The notes below the pieces were generated by a model. That model was not told the origin of the DNA. It ran no database searches and saw only the letters and a list, made by a program, of their open reading frames with translations. This document shows, piece after piece, positions 8,544 to 17,729 of a stretch of DNA of 64,000 nt; the first letter of the stretch is position 1; each line of letters opens with the position of its first letter. Source of the DNA: Candidatus Methanomethylicaceae archaeon (GTDB taxonomy: Archaea; Thermoproteota; Methanomethylicia; Methanomethylicales; Methanomethylicaceae); NCBI GenBank assembly GCA_015660995.1, contig JACTUC010000008.1, forward strand, positions 10,645 to 74,644, written 5' to 3'. The translations under genes were made by a program, and so were the position numbers.

Positions 8544-10529
8544 ATGCGGCACAAGATCGCAGCATGCCTCATATTCTGCCTTTTGACCATATCTATCATC
8601 GGAAGTACTGTTGCAGCTGCTGATTGGCCCATGTTCCACTATGATTCAAGCCATACGGGCTACACAACCGATGCCGGCCCTCTCACAAATAATGTTCTGT
8701 GGAAATACACCACCGGTGGCACGGTGGAATCCTCTATCGTCATCTCCGGTGGCTATGTTTACGCCCCCTCAGCTGACAATAATGTCTACTGCCTCAACGC
8801 CACGACCGGCCACCAGGTGTGGAACTACACAACCGGTGGTTACGTGTGGGGGCCAGCTATCGCCAACGGCTACGTCTACGTCGGCTCCGACGATCACAAG
8901 GTCTACTGCCTCAGTGCCCAGACCGGCGCCTTGGTGTGGAGCTACTCGACCGGCGGCTACGTGTACACCCCAACCGTCGCCAATGGCTATGTCTATATTG
9001 GTTCAAATGATCGCAATGTTTACTGCCTCAATGCCTCGACTGGCGCCCAGGTGTGGAACTTTACCACTCAAGGTGAAGTGTACGTTCCCTCCGTCTCCGG
9101 CAGCTACGTCTACATAGGCTCTTCAGACAGTAATGTCTACTGCCTCAATGCCAATACGGGTGCCAAGATATGGAGCTATTCGACCGGCAACTATGTATTA
9201 TCAACCCCTGCTGTCTCTGGCAACGGCTACGTCTACGTGGGGGGCTACGATCACAACGTCTACTGCCTCAATGCCTCAACCGGCGCCCAAGTATGGAGTT
9301 ACGCCACAGGCGGTATCATATTCTCCTCCCCAGCCGTCGCTAATAGCTACGTCTACATTGGCTCCGAAGACAACAACGTCTACTGCCTCAATGCCCAAAC
9401 CGGCGCCCAAGTATGGAGCTATTCGACCAGTAGCAAGGTATTATGCTCCCCCGCCGTCTCTGGCAACGGCTACGTCTACGTCGGTTCCGAAGATCACAAG
9501 GTCTACTGCCTCAGTGCCCAGACCGGCACCTTGGTATGGAGCTACACGACCAGCGGTGTAGTGACGTCCGCCCCTGCTCTCTCCGACGGCGTGCTTTACA
9601 TAGGATCCTTCGACATGAATGTATATGCCTTCGGTACCCCCTCTTCGACAAATTCCTCCAATGTTGTAGCGAATGGCTGGGTTCCTTCGCCCACTCCTGC
9701 AGTAGCAGCTATAGTGGTTGCTGTAGCATTGACGGGCGCGGTCTCGTTCCTCTTTTCAATGGTGAGCAACCCTCTGGGCAGTCTCGGGGGTAAAGCAGGT
9801 GAAAAAACGAAGGGCATCCTTCCTGATAACATTAAGTCGTGGCTAGAGGATTTTGTGGAGTCTAGGCATGAAATTAATGTGGAGGCAAAAATTGGGGCTT
9901 CGTATTTGCCTACAGGGCCCGAGATTTTAGCCTATGGTATTGCTATCGTTGCACTGACGCTCGCGTTCTCCTATGCGGAGGTCAATAGCCTCGCGAATAT
10001 ATTTGAAGTTCTCCCTCTTATTTTGGTCACGAGTGTTCTTGTGGTACTGGTCCAGAAGTTCGTCTCGATCGCGCTTATGCGGAAGCTGGGGGTGTGGAGC
10101 GAATACAAGATTTGGCCCCTAGGTCTCGTACTATTTCTTGTAACCACTCTCGCATTCCGGGTTCCTTTTTCATCACCAACCCGTGACGTGGAAGCTTCTC
10201 ACGAGCCTGCTGAACAAGCTCCACCTTCGTCGCTGACCCCTGAGGCGCATTCCTTGTCCAAGCATACTGAACTTTTCGAAGCGATAGTGCCTGCTTCGGA
10301 AATACTAGTAGGAGTACTTTTTGCAGGACTTTTCTTTATCATATTGAAAAGCGGTTTCACCTTGGTGGGCAGTACGGGCTTGGCGATGTGCATCATTGGT
10401 TCCTTCTTTGAATCTCTTCCCATTGAGCCCCTAGACGGCAAAGACATCTACGACCATAGCAAGATGATTTGGGCAGCCATATTCCTAGGAACTCTGATCT
10501 TGTTCGCATTGTGGGTGCTGCTGCTCTAG
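8544..10529 (+). CDS. Secreted PQQ-repeat beta-propeller fused to a polytopic membrane domain resembling an inactive site-2 protease (M50-like)
   Basis: Signal peptide, about 8 PQQ-like blades (repeats of YVY.GS.D..VYCLNA.TG..VW), then 6 or more TM helices. These carry ALMRKLGVWSEYKIWPLG and SLPIEPLDGKDIY, which parallel the S2P HExxH-region and LDG motifs. HExxH is replaced by QKFVS. Confidence 0.75.
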   Translation: MRHKIAACLIFCLLTISIIGSTVAAADWPMFHYDSSHTGYTTDAGPLTNNVLWKYTTGGTVESSIVISGGYVYAPSADNNVYCLNATTGHQVWNYTTGGYVWGPAIANGYVYVGSDDHKVYCLSAQTGALVWSYSTGGYVYTPTVANGYVYIGSNDRNVYCLNASTGAQVWNFTTQGEVYVPSVSGSYVYIGSSDSNVYCLNANTGAKIWSYSTGNYVLSTPAVSGNGYVYVGGYDHNVYCLNASTGAQVWSYATGGIIFSSPAVANSYVYIGSEDNNVYCLNAQTGAQVWSYSTSSKVLCSPAVSGNGYVYVGSEDHKVYCLSAQTGTLVWSYTTSGVVTSAPALSDGVLYIGSFDMNVYAFGTPSSTNSSNVVANGWVPSPTPAVAAIVVAVALTGAVSFLFSMVSNPLGSLGGKAGEKTKGILPDNIKSWLEDFVESRHEINVEAKIGASYLPTGPEILAYGIAIVALTLAFSYAEVNSLANIFEVLPLILVTSVLVVLVQKFVSIALMRKLGVWSEYKIWPLGLVLFLVTTLAFRVPFSSPTRDVEASHEPAEQAPPSSLTPEAHSLSKHTELFEAIVPASEILVGVLFAGLFFIILKSGFTLVGSTGLAMCIIGSFFESLPIEPLDGKDIYDHSKMIWAAIFLGTLILFALWVLLL

Positions 10530-11760
10530 GAACTCAATCCTCTTGGGTTCCGTAGACATTTTTTTCTATCATCATAGACGTTTGCTTGCTATGAGATATG
10601 TTGATATGTGGTAGGAAATACCTTATTCGAGATTCTGAAAAAGCGTTATATCTTCCATAATATAAGGTCAGTTTGTGACAATCTATGCACTATAAGATTT
10701 TAATAGGCTTATTATGCTGTATTTTAGCTGTATCTGTCTTCGGTGGCATCGTAGCAGCCAGCGATTGGTCCCAATTCCACTATGATGCAAGCCATACGGG
10801 CTATACAACCGATGCTGGCCCCCTTACAAATAATGTTTTCTGGAGCTATAACACCGGCCTTGCAGTGACATCCTCTATCGCCGAATCTGGTGGCTACGTC
10901 TACGCCCCCTCAGGTTCTACTCTCTACTGCTTCACCGCCTCGAGCGGCGCCCAAGTATGGAACTATACTGCCGGTGGTTTGGTTTGGGGCCCAGCCATTT
11001 CCAACGGCTACGTCTACATCGGCTCTGATGACTACCATATCTACTGCCTCAATGCCTCGACCGGTACCCAGGTATGGAACTACACTACTGCCGGTACCGA
11101 TTACACCACAACCGTCTCCGGTAGCTACGTCTACGCAGGCTCTGGTCACTACGTCTACTGCCTCAATGCCTTGACCGGCGCCCAGGTATGGAATTACACA
11201 ACCGGCGGTGGTGCGTATGTTCCCTCCGTCTCCGGTAGCTACGTCTATGTAGGCTCCGATGACGGCAAAGTCTACTGCCTCAATGCCCAGACCGGTGCCT
11301 ATGTATGGAACTACACTACAGGAAATAGTATATACTCCACACCCGCCGTCTCTGGTGGCTACGTCTACGTCGGCTCCGACGATAAAAACGTCTACTGCCT
11401 CAATGCCCAGACCGGTGAAAAAGTATGGAACTACACTACCGGCAGCATTGTATTCTCCGGCCCCGCCGTCGCCAACGGCTACGTCTACGTCGGCTCTAAC
11501 AGTGGTAAATTCTACTGCCTAAATGCCCAGAACGGCGACTTGGTATGGAACTGCACTACCGGCATTGGCTCATTGACACCAGCTATATTATGCTCCCCCG
11601 CTGTCTCTGGCAACAGCTACGTCTACATCGGCTCTGATGACTACAGCATCTACTGCCTCAATGCCAATACGGGCGCCTTGGTATGGAACTACGCTACCGG
11701 CAGCTATGTGACATCCGGCCCCTCTATCGTCAACGGCTTCCTCTACATCGGTTCCAATGA
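8640..11760 (+). repeat. Tandem ~120-nt PQQ-blade coding repeats shared at nucleotide level within and between the two propeller genes
   Basis: Strings such as gtctactgcctcaatgcc(cag/tcg)accggcgcccaggt(g/a)tggaactac recur many times in both genes. Confidence 0.7.
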
Positions 11761-12499
11761 CGGTACGGTCCTTGCCTTCGGGACTCTGCAGAACGCAGTG
11801 CTCAGCATACAGTATTCTGCGCCGAGCGTCACCGTTGGGAACAGTCTTACGGTTTCAGGCTCACTGGCCCCGACTAGCACTGGGACTGCAACCATCTGGG
11901 AGTCCATAAATGGCTCGGCTTTTACCATGCTCAATGAAGCTACCCTGACCAATGGCGGATATTCCTACGCATTCAACCCTTCAGCTGTCGGTTCCTACCA
12001 ATTCTACGCATCCTGGCCAGGCAACTTCCCGTACAACCCTGCCAATTCATCCACCATTACTGTCTCGGTTACAGCTGTTCCATTGACAACCCCAACCCTA
12101 ACCTTGCAAACTTCGGCTTCGAGCATAACCCCTGGACAGTCGGTAACGCTGTCAGGATCACTTAGTCCATCCGCATCGGGAACCGTCGCTCTCTCAGAGT
12201 CGGTTAATGGCTCCGCCTTCCAGCAGATTGCTGCCGCTGTTACCCTTACTAACGGTGCCTATTCCTACCCGTTTGTAATCTCGGGGGCAGGCACCTACAA
12301 GTTCGAAGTGTCATTTCCAGGCAACAGCCAGCTCAACCCAGCCCAGTCTTCCACAGTCACGGTCACCTCAACGCCAGCTACTCCCAGCAGTGGTACAGAT
12401 TATACTATGTACATAATTATCATAGTGGTTGTCGTAATCATCATAGCTGTTCTCTACTACCTGCTAGCAATGAGGCCTAAGAACAAACCAACAAAATGA
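10685..12499 (+). CDS. Surface PQQ-repeat beta-propeller protein with two Ig-like repeats and a C-terminal TM anchor
   Basis: Paralogue of the upstream gene (same signal peptide-DWSQFHYDASHTGYTTDAGPLTNNV start). Two 85-aa S/T-rich repeats. C-terminus is a TPSSGT linker, 23 hydrophobic residues and RPKNKPTK. Confidence 0.8.
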   Translation: MHYKILIGLLCCILAVSVFGGIVAASDWSQFHYDASHTGYTTDAGPLTNNVFWSYNTGLAVTSSIAESGGYVYAPSGSTLYCFTASSGAQVWNYTAGGLVWGPAISNGYVYIGSDDYHIYCLNASTGTQVWNYTTAGTDYTTTVSGSYVYAGSGHYVYCLNALTGAQVWNYTTGGGAYVPSVSGSYVYVGSDDGKVYCLNAQTGAYVWNYTTGNSIYSTPAVSGGYVYVGSDDKNVYCLNAQTGEKVWNYTTGSIVFSGPAVANGYVYVGSNSGKFYCLNAQNGDLVWNCTTGIGSLTPAILCSPAVSGNSYVYIGSDDYSIYCLNANTGALVWNYATGSYVTSGPSIVNGFLYIGSNDGTVLAFGTLQNAVLSIQYSAPSVTVGNSLTVSGSLAPTSTGTATIWESINGSAFTMLNEATLTNGGYSYAFNPSAVGSYQFYASWPGNFPYNPANSSTITVSVTAVPLTTPTLTLQTSASSITPGQSVTLSGSLSPSASGTVALSESVNGSAFQQIAAAVTLTNGAYSYPFVISGAGTYKFEVSFPGNSQLNPAQSSTVTVTSTPATPSSGTDYTMYIIIIVVVVIIIAVLYYLLAMRPKNKPTK

Positions 12500-12504
12500 G
12501 ACGG

Positions 12505-12540
12505 GGAATTTCCCCTTTTTTCCTTTTTTTAATAAAAAAA
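12505..12540 (+). terminator. T-rich putative archaeal terminator
   Basis: ccccttttttcctttttttaataaaaaaaa lies immediately after the stop of the PQQ gene. Confidence 0.4.
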
Positions 12541-12614
12541 ATAGGAAGAGTAGTCTCAAGCACCGGCGAAACAGACTTTTCGAAGCATTTACCGAAGCTC
12601 TTCACATCAACCAA

Positions 12615-13352
12615 ATGTTTATTAAACGCGCAAAAATAGTTCGTTCTATGAAAAGAACGCGCCTGGCCTTGATCGCTGTTTCCATAATAATCCTTGTCTC
12701 GGTAGGCACTGTCTGGGTCTTGTACTTCTCGCCTGGCACAATAAAAATCAATTCCATCCTGCCCCTCTCCAATGACAGCAGCCTCACGGTTACTCTGCTC
12801 TCGGCCCCCGAGATGTCCCTTAATCCCAGCGAGACCTTCAATGTAGTACTCAATCTTTCGTCCATTGGCAATGCCAAGATAGAAACAATAAACACCCCAT
12901 CGCCAGGCTTCACCATAACTTCAATAAATTCATCAATGCCATTAAGCGTAAATGCAAACACGCCTGTGCTGGTGACCATCAAAGCACCAAACTATGCCTA
13001 TCAGGGGATGCTTGTTCTGAATATGAATGTGAGCGTTAAATTTGAAAGCTTCATCGTCCGGTACTTCATGACCGATTGGAAGAAGAGCATCTATAATTTC
13101 AGCATATTCAACGACGGATATGCCCCAGTCCAGCTGGTGAAAATGTATCTCGTCCGGTCCGACGGGATTGTGGTGAACTCCACGGACCTATCTTTGCCAT
13201 CCGTTTCGCCTGGCCAGGTGGGAAGCTTCAACTGTAGCATATCCTATGACCTGGCAACAGCAACCGAACTTTACCACATAAAATTGGTAAGCGCAGATGG
13301 CATTGTTGGCGTATCCCTTGACGCGCCCATAACCTGCAATTGTACCCATTGA
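12615..13352 (+). CDS. N-terminally anchored extracellular protein with many N-glycosylation sequons
   Basis: Signal anchor (RLALIAVSIIILVSVGTVWVLYF) and 10 or more NxS/T sites. Shares a C-terminal I(K)AP..(F/Y)..G.LV(L/I) motif with ORFs 55098 and 60501. Real start probably ATG near 12648. Confidence 0.5.
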   Translation: MFIKRAKIVRSMKRTRLALIAVSIIILVSVGTVWVLYFSPGTIKINSILPLSNDSSLTVTLLSAPEMSLNPSETFNVVLNLSSIGNAKIETINTPSPGFTITSINSSMPLSVNANTPVLVTIKAPNYAYQGMLVLNMNVSVKFESFIVRYFMTDWKKSIYNFSIFNDGYAPVQLVKMYLVRSDGIVVNSTDLSLPSVSPGQVGSFNCSISYDLATATELYHIKLVSADGIVGVSLDAPITCNCTH

Positions 13353-13367
13353 TTCTGTAGGCTCTAA

Positions 13368-14408
13368 TTACAGTAGCAGCAGCCAGATGCCCATTATCAA
13401 CATCAGGACAGCTGAGACTATGCGTATGTACTGCTTCGGAATATTTGGGGATTTGGCGAACCGATAGACCAGTAGCACCACCACCAAAGGAAGCACGAAT
13501 ATGAGATTATAGAGGAGCAGATAACCCAGGATCCCTAGTCCAGTTATTCCGTACTGGGTCAGTAGGGTCAGGGCAAGGAAGTAGGGCCCGCCCGTGCAGG
13601 GGAGCTCGATAGCCGAGATCCCCACACCGACTAGGAATGCAAAATAGGGGGAAGTGGCTGTGTCTATGAGCCTCTTTATGGTTGGCTTGCTCCGGTCAGG
13701 CAGCTTGATGAAAAGGGAAACGAAAGCCAAGCCAATAGCTAGGACCCCAACTACCTTGGTGGTATAGGTCGGCAGGTTAAACTGCTGAAGTATGGTGAAG
13801 AGGCCAAAGCCGATGGCAAGGTAAGAGAGAAAGTTGCCCAAGATGTAGGCGAAACCGGTTTTCCAGACCGACCTCGATGCTGCGGAAAGAGCGACCAATA
13901 ACACTATGAGCACCGTGATCGCGCAGGGGTTGAGCGAGTCCGCAAAGGCCATCCCGAATATTATCCCGAGGGGCGGCGGGCCGACGGGTTTTGAGGGTGT
14001 GCCGTTGCAGGTTGGGCATTGAACTCCAGTGTCATTCAGAAGCAGGGGGGTTAGTTCGCTCTCGATCTGGTCGACACCCACCAAGGTCTGGGTTCCGATA
14101 AAGACCACCGGCCAGTTAGGGCTGGTAATGTTGTGGCAGTTGTAGTACTGAACCATCAGATCGTAGTTCGAGGAGTTGGTGATCTCGAAATCAGTTACGG
14201 TCAAGTTGGGGAATTGTTGCTCCACCTGGAGCATATAGGTTTTAGCCTCTTCGCAGGCGCTGCATCCATTAGCATAGAAGAAGTATATGCACTGCGGCGT
14301 AGTTGTTTGGTTCGCCTGAGGCGCTGCCATGGTAGGGTGTGTAAATACCGCTGACGCCATCAGAATCAGCAACAATATCAGGAGAAGCTTTTTGTGATCC
14401 GCAGCCAC
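13368..14408 (-). CDS. Thioredoxin-like domain fused to DsbD/CcdA-type disulfide transporter
   Basis: Signal peptide, CSAC thioredoxin CxxC, then 6 TM helices with the conserved NPCA and ELPCTGGPY cysteines of the DsbD/CcdA family. Confidence 0.65.
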   Translation of the reverse strand: MAADHKKLLLILLLILMASAVFTHPTMAAPQANQTTTPQCIYFFYANGCSACEEAKTYMLQVEQQFPNLTVTDFEITNSSNYDLMVQYYNCHNITSPNWPVVFIGTQTLVGVDQIESELTPLLLNDTGVQCPTCNGTPSKPVGPPPLGIIFGMAFADSLNPCAITVLIVLLVALSAASRSVWKTGFAYILGNFLSYLAIGFGLFTILQQFNLPTYTTKVVGVLAIGLAFVSLFIKLPDRSKPTIKRLIDTATSPYFAFLVGVGISAIELPCTGGPYFLALTLLTQYGITGLGILGYLLLYNLIFVLPLVVVLLVYRFAKSPNIPKQYIRIVSAVLMLIMGIWLLLL

Positions 14409-14508
14409 GAAAAAACCTGCCTCTATTCTTATTATACTCCTCCATTCTGGTCCTCATTTAATAAAGATTTTCAGGATGGTAACTAGCGGCTACGGCTGAC
14501 TCTTACGG

Positions 14509-16143
14509 TCATAAGAACTGGGTCAGTGTCTTCTGGTTCTTCGGGATCGCCTCGGGGAGCTTCTCCTCTGCCAGCTGCTGGGTGAACCCATAGACCTTCT
14601 CCACCTTCGACTTCACCCGGAGCAGCTTGTTCTGCTCATGGGTCTTCCTCGTGATTAGGGCGTAGGTCTTTGCTACTTTCTTCCCTTCCGACTGGCGGAG
14701 TATCCTTCCGAACCTCTGGATCCACTTCTTGGGGTTGCTGGGGGGGTCGATCCAGATCTCAATGTCTGCGCTCGGTATGTCCAGCCCTTCCTCCCCTATG
14801 CTGGTGCAGACCAGTATCGACGCCTTTTCCCTGAACTGCAGCAGCGCCGATGCCTGCTGCTCCATGGCCATCCCACCCTTGCCAACTAGGACTGCCACAT
14901 CATCCATTCCCCTTTTTCCATGGAGTACGCCACCCAGCTGCTTGGCCGCCTCTACAGACTCTACGAATACTATGGCTTTCTTGAATCTCTCCCCTTCTAG
15001 GATCTTCAGGGCGGCTGTGAGCTTGTGGTTGAAGCTGATCTTGGTGGCCTCCCTGTAGAACTCATGGATCGTCTTGCCATCAAGCTCCTTCAGCGGCCTA
15101 TTCAGCTCGCTGAGCTTCCAGCTTCCGTACCTCAGCACACTGCTGGCGCCGTCCTCAACGAGTCTCGATCTCATCATCCTTAGCGATATGAGTAGGATGC
15201 AGAGGGGGTGCCTGTTGCAGAAGCCCCTGGCGTGCTGGGGTCCGTAACGCCCCTTTGCCTTGGCCTCGTAGGTCTTCACTACGTTGCTCAGCTGGTAGTA
15301 GACCGAGAGGAGCTTTGGGGGTGGGTCCAGCGCGATCATTCCTATGACCCTCTCTGGCATGTGCGCCTTGATCTCAGGCTCCTCCATGGAGAAGCTCTCC
15401 ACCTTCTCGAAGATCTTCTTCAGCTCCTTCAGCCTCTGGGGGGCATGGAGCTGGGGTGTGGCGCTGAGGGCCAGGATCTTGGCTCCGGCAGCCTTGGCAG
15501 CTAGCAGTATCGAGTATCCATCGGTCTCCCCTATGTAGCCATGGCACTCGTCGGCGACCACAAGGTCGTAGGGAAACTTGAAACCTTTCGCCTTAAGTCT
15601 CCTAGCCAGGTCTTCTACGGGGTCATCATGCCTCTTAGCAGCGCCTATCTCTGTTGAGAACTGCGCGAGGACATCGTTGTAGAAGGTCTGGGGGGTTGTC
15701 ACCGCGAAACCAGCATTCCAGACCCGCAGCGCCTTCCGCTTCTCCGGGTGCAGGTTGCCCGATATGAAATAGGCCTCACTGAGGCCAAGCATTTTACGCG
15801 CGAAGAGGGTCTGCTGGATGCCGAGCGGAACCGATGGGGTGAGGAAGAGCACCCTACAGGCGCAGCCTCTGAGGACCGACTCCCGGGCTATGAAAGCCCC
15901 TGCTATGTAGGTCTTGCCCAACCCTGTCGGGAGTCCAATGACAAGCGTGTCTCCACCGATCTTCTCCAGAATCTTTTGCTGGAAAGGGAAGAGCGTATAA
16001 CCAAGGTTTTCTACTTTTGCCGATTGGGGGTTCTGCAGCATGCTGTCGGGGGCAAGATTCGAAGTGAGCATTTGCAGCGAGTATGGGCTCTTATCAAGAA
16101 ATTCTAGATACTCCTTCCATGAACCTTTTGGCACCGCATGCAT
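14509..16143 (-). CDS. SF2 helicase, Hef/FANCM/RIG-I-like (DECH box)
   Basis: Motif I GLPTGLGKT, motif II DLVVADECH, motif VI QRFGRILR. Helicase core only (544 aa); no nuclease domain follows. Confidence 0.7.
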   Translation of the reverse strand: MHAVPKGSWKEYLEFLDKSPYSLQMLTSNLAPDSMLQNPQSAKVENLGYTLFPFQQKILEKIGGDTLVIGLPTGLGKTYIAGAFIARESVLRGCACRVLFLTPSVPLGIQQTLFARKMLGLSEAYFISGNLHPEKRKALRVWNAGFAVTTPQTFYNDVLAQFSTEIGAAKRHDDPVEDLARRLKAKGFKFPYDLVVADECHGYIGETDGYSILLAAKAAGAKILALSATPQLHAPQRLKELKKIFEKVESFSMEEPEIKAHMPERVIGMIALDPPPKLLSVYYQLSNVVKTYEAKAKGRYGPQHARGFCNRHPLCILLISLRMMRSRLVEDGASSVLRYGSWKLSELNRPLKELDGKTIHEFYREATKISFNHKLTAALKILEGERFKKAIVFVESVEAAKQLGGVLHGKRGMDDVAVLVGKGGMAMEQQASALLQFREKASILVCTSIGEEGLDIPSADIEIWIDPPSNPKKWIQRFGRILRQSEGKKVAKTYALITRKTHEQNKLLRVKSKVEKVYGFTQQLAEEKLPEAIPKNQKTLTQFL

Positions 16144-16275
16144 CTGTGAACTTTACTCCTGCCTCTCTCGAACTCTATAGTATCTCCCACTTCCAGTTCC
16201 TATAAGTATAATGATCATGCCGTCCAAGGGATTATTTTATATATTCGCGCCTTAACGGAGATTTGGCGCTCAGAG

Positions 16276-17409
16276 ATGGACTCACGATACTATGCGAGCC
16301 TGCTCATACACATGATGAACGATGGCACAGTCTTTCTCCTGCCCTCTGTACTACCTCTCATCGTTCTTCAGTATGGCTTCTCCTATGCTACTGCAGGCTA
16401 CATCAGTGCCATAATCCCCCTCTGCTTGGGGGTCTTCCAGACGCCCATCGGGAGGATCTCGGATCGCTTTTCCAATGCATTCCTCCTCCGAATTGGCATC
16501 CTTATTGTTTCCGCAGGGGCGCTGCTAGGAGGTCTAGTTCCGCAACTGCTCATACCTTCACTCTTCCTAATTGGCACAGGCGGTAGTTTCTACCATCCTG
16601 TGGGCTATGCCTTCACCGCAAAAATCATCAAAAACAGCAGCAGCGGAACCGTGCTTGGCATCCAGAGCAGCTCGGGTGATATAGGTACCCTTATCGCCTT
16701 CCTGACTGCCGGTCCCATTGCGATCTTTGCTGGCTGGCGAGCAGTATTTGTGGCTTGGGGCATTGCCTGCGCTGTGGCTTTAGCGATCTCCTCATTTGTC
16801 CTTAGAGGCGAGAGAAGCTCTGGTGAAACTTCGAAACCAACGAGCCTGTCGATGCTCAGAAAAAGGGAAGCAGTCCTCATAATGATCCTCTTCGCTTTGC
16901 TCGGGGCTGTGTACAGGATCCTGTCGACTTTCATTCCGTCAATCTTCTTCCTGCAGGGGGCAAGCATCACCACAGCCGATTATATTTCGGCCATCTTCAT
17001 TGGCGCTGGAATAGTTGGCGGCATAGTTGGCGGTAGGCTTGTCGATAGGTTTGAGGGGCGCACAGTGGCTGCCTCTCTCTTCGCAATTTCTACTGCTGCC
17101 TTGTTTGCGTTATACTTGTTGCCGTCAATTTTCATAAGCGCATTCTTGATCGCAATTTTCGGCATGGTCATCTGTGGGTTGTATCCGGCCTTCTACTTCC
17201 TAATGCGTTTGGTGACTTCCGTCAAGATAGTCGGTACATCCTACGGCCTTCTCCTATCCTTGGGTATGCTCAGTGGCATAGTCAGTGTTACCGCTGGAGG
17301 ATACATCATGGACATCTCACCACCGATGATATTCATCTTTGCTGGCAGCCTCACGGCACTGGGTGTTCTCATCTCCCTGATAATGCCCAAAATGAATGGT
17401 AAAAAGTGA
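16276..17409 (+). CDS. MFS transporter
   Basis: 12 predicted TM helices, loop 2-3 motif GRISDRF, and two-fold internal symmetry. Confidence 0.75.
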   Translation: MDSRYYASLLIHMMNDGTVFLLPSVLPLIVLQYGFSYATAGYISAIIPLCLGVFQTPIGRISDRFSNAFLLRIGILIVSAGALLGGLVPQLLIPSLFLIGTGGSFYHPVGYAFTAKIIKNSSSGTVLGIQSSSGDIGTLIAFLTAGPIAIFAGWRAVFVAWGIACAVALAISSFVLRGERSSGETSKPTSLSMLRKREAVLIMILFALLGAVYRILSTFIPSIFFLQGASITTADYISAIFIGAGIVGGIVGGRLVDRFEGRTVAASLFAISTAALFALYLLPSIFISAFLIAIFGMVICGLYPAFYFLMRLVTSVKIVGTSYGLLLSLGMLSGIVSVTAGGYIMDISPPMIFIFAGSLTALGVLISLIMPKMNGKK

Positions 17410-17462
17410 TATTGCTCTACCCGAAAACTTTAATTGCTTTTTCCTGTTTCGAGATATGAAGG

Positions 17463-17557
17463 GCTCCGGTAGTATAGTCCGGTCAAGTATACTGGCCTCT
17501 CGAGCATCAAAGCAGAGAAAGTCAGTGACACGGGTTCGAATCCCGTCCGGAGCACCA
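17463..17557 (+). tRNA. tRNA-Glu (anticodon CUC) with about 17-nt intron at 37/38; CCA encoded
   Basis: Acceptor GCTCCGG/CCGGAGC plus A73, and the characteristic Glu D-arm GTAT-AGTCCGGTCAA-GTAT. Anticodon stem CTGGC/GTCAG closes only after removing 17503-17519, giving loop CTCTCGA. T-arm is ACGGG-TTCGAAT-CCCGT. Confidence 0.7.
17503..17519 (+). other. Putative tRNA-Glu intron
   Basis: AGCATCAAAGCAGAGAA. Its 3' part (AGAG) can pair with the CTCT of the anticodon loop as expected for a BHB. The exact boundary is ambiguous by one A. Confidence 0.55.
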
Positions 17558-17729
17558 TTGAAACTTTTTTGCAGTGAGCAGTAAATGGCATATATGACTG
17601 TTTGATGCGATCAAACCCATATTTTTTCAGCTAACTCATAGTCTCGCTCCTCATGGGTAGCGAGGCCTGACAAAGTGATCACGTTCGGACACAAACATTT
17701 TTATCCAAAGCTGATCCTCTTCGCTCTCT

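Noticed and set aside
8611-9561. Long Pro/Thr/Ser-rich ORFs (8611-9117, 9133-9561, 10890-11174, 11259-11522) in alternative frames inside the PQQ genes
   Set aside because: They are by-products of the highly repetitive, GC-rich blade-coding DNA read in another frame. They have no start context and overlap strong, motif-bearing genes.
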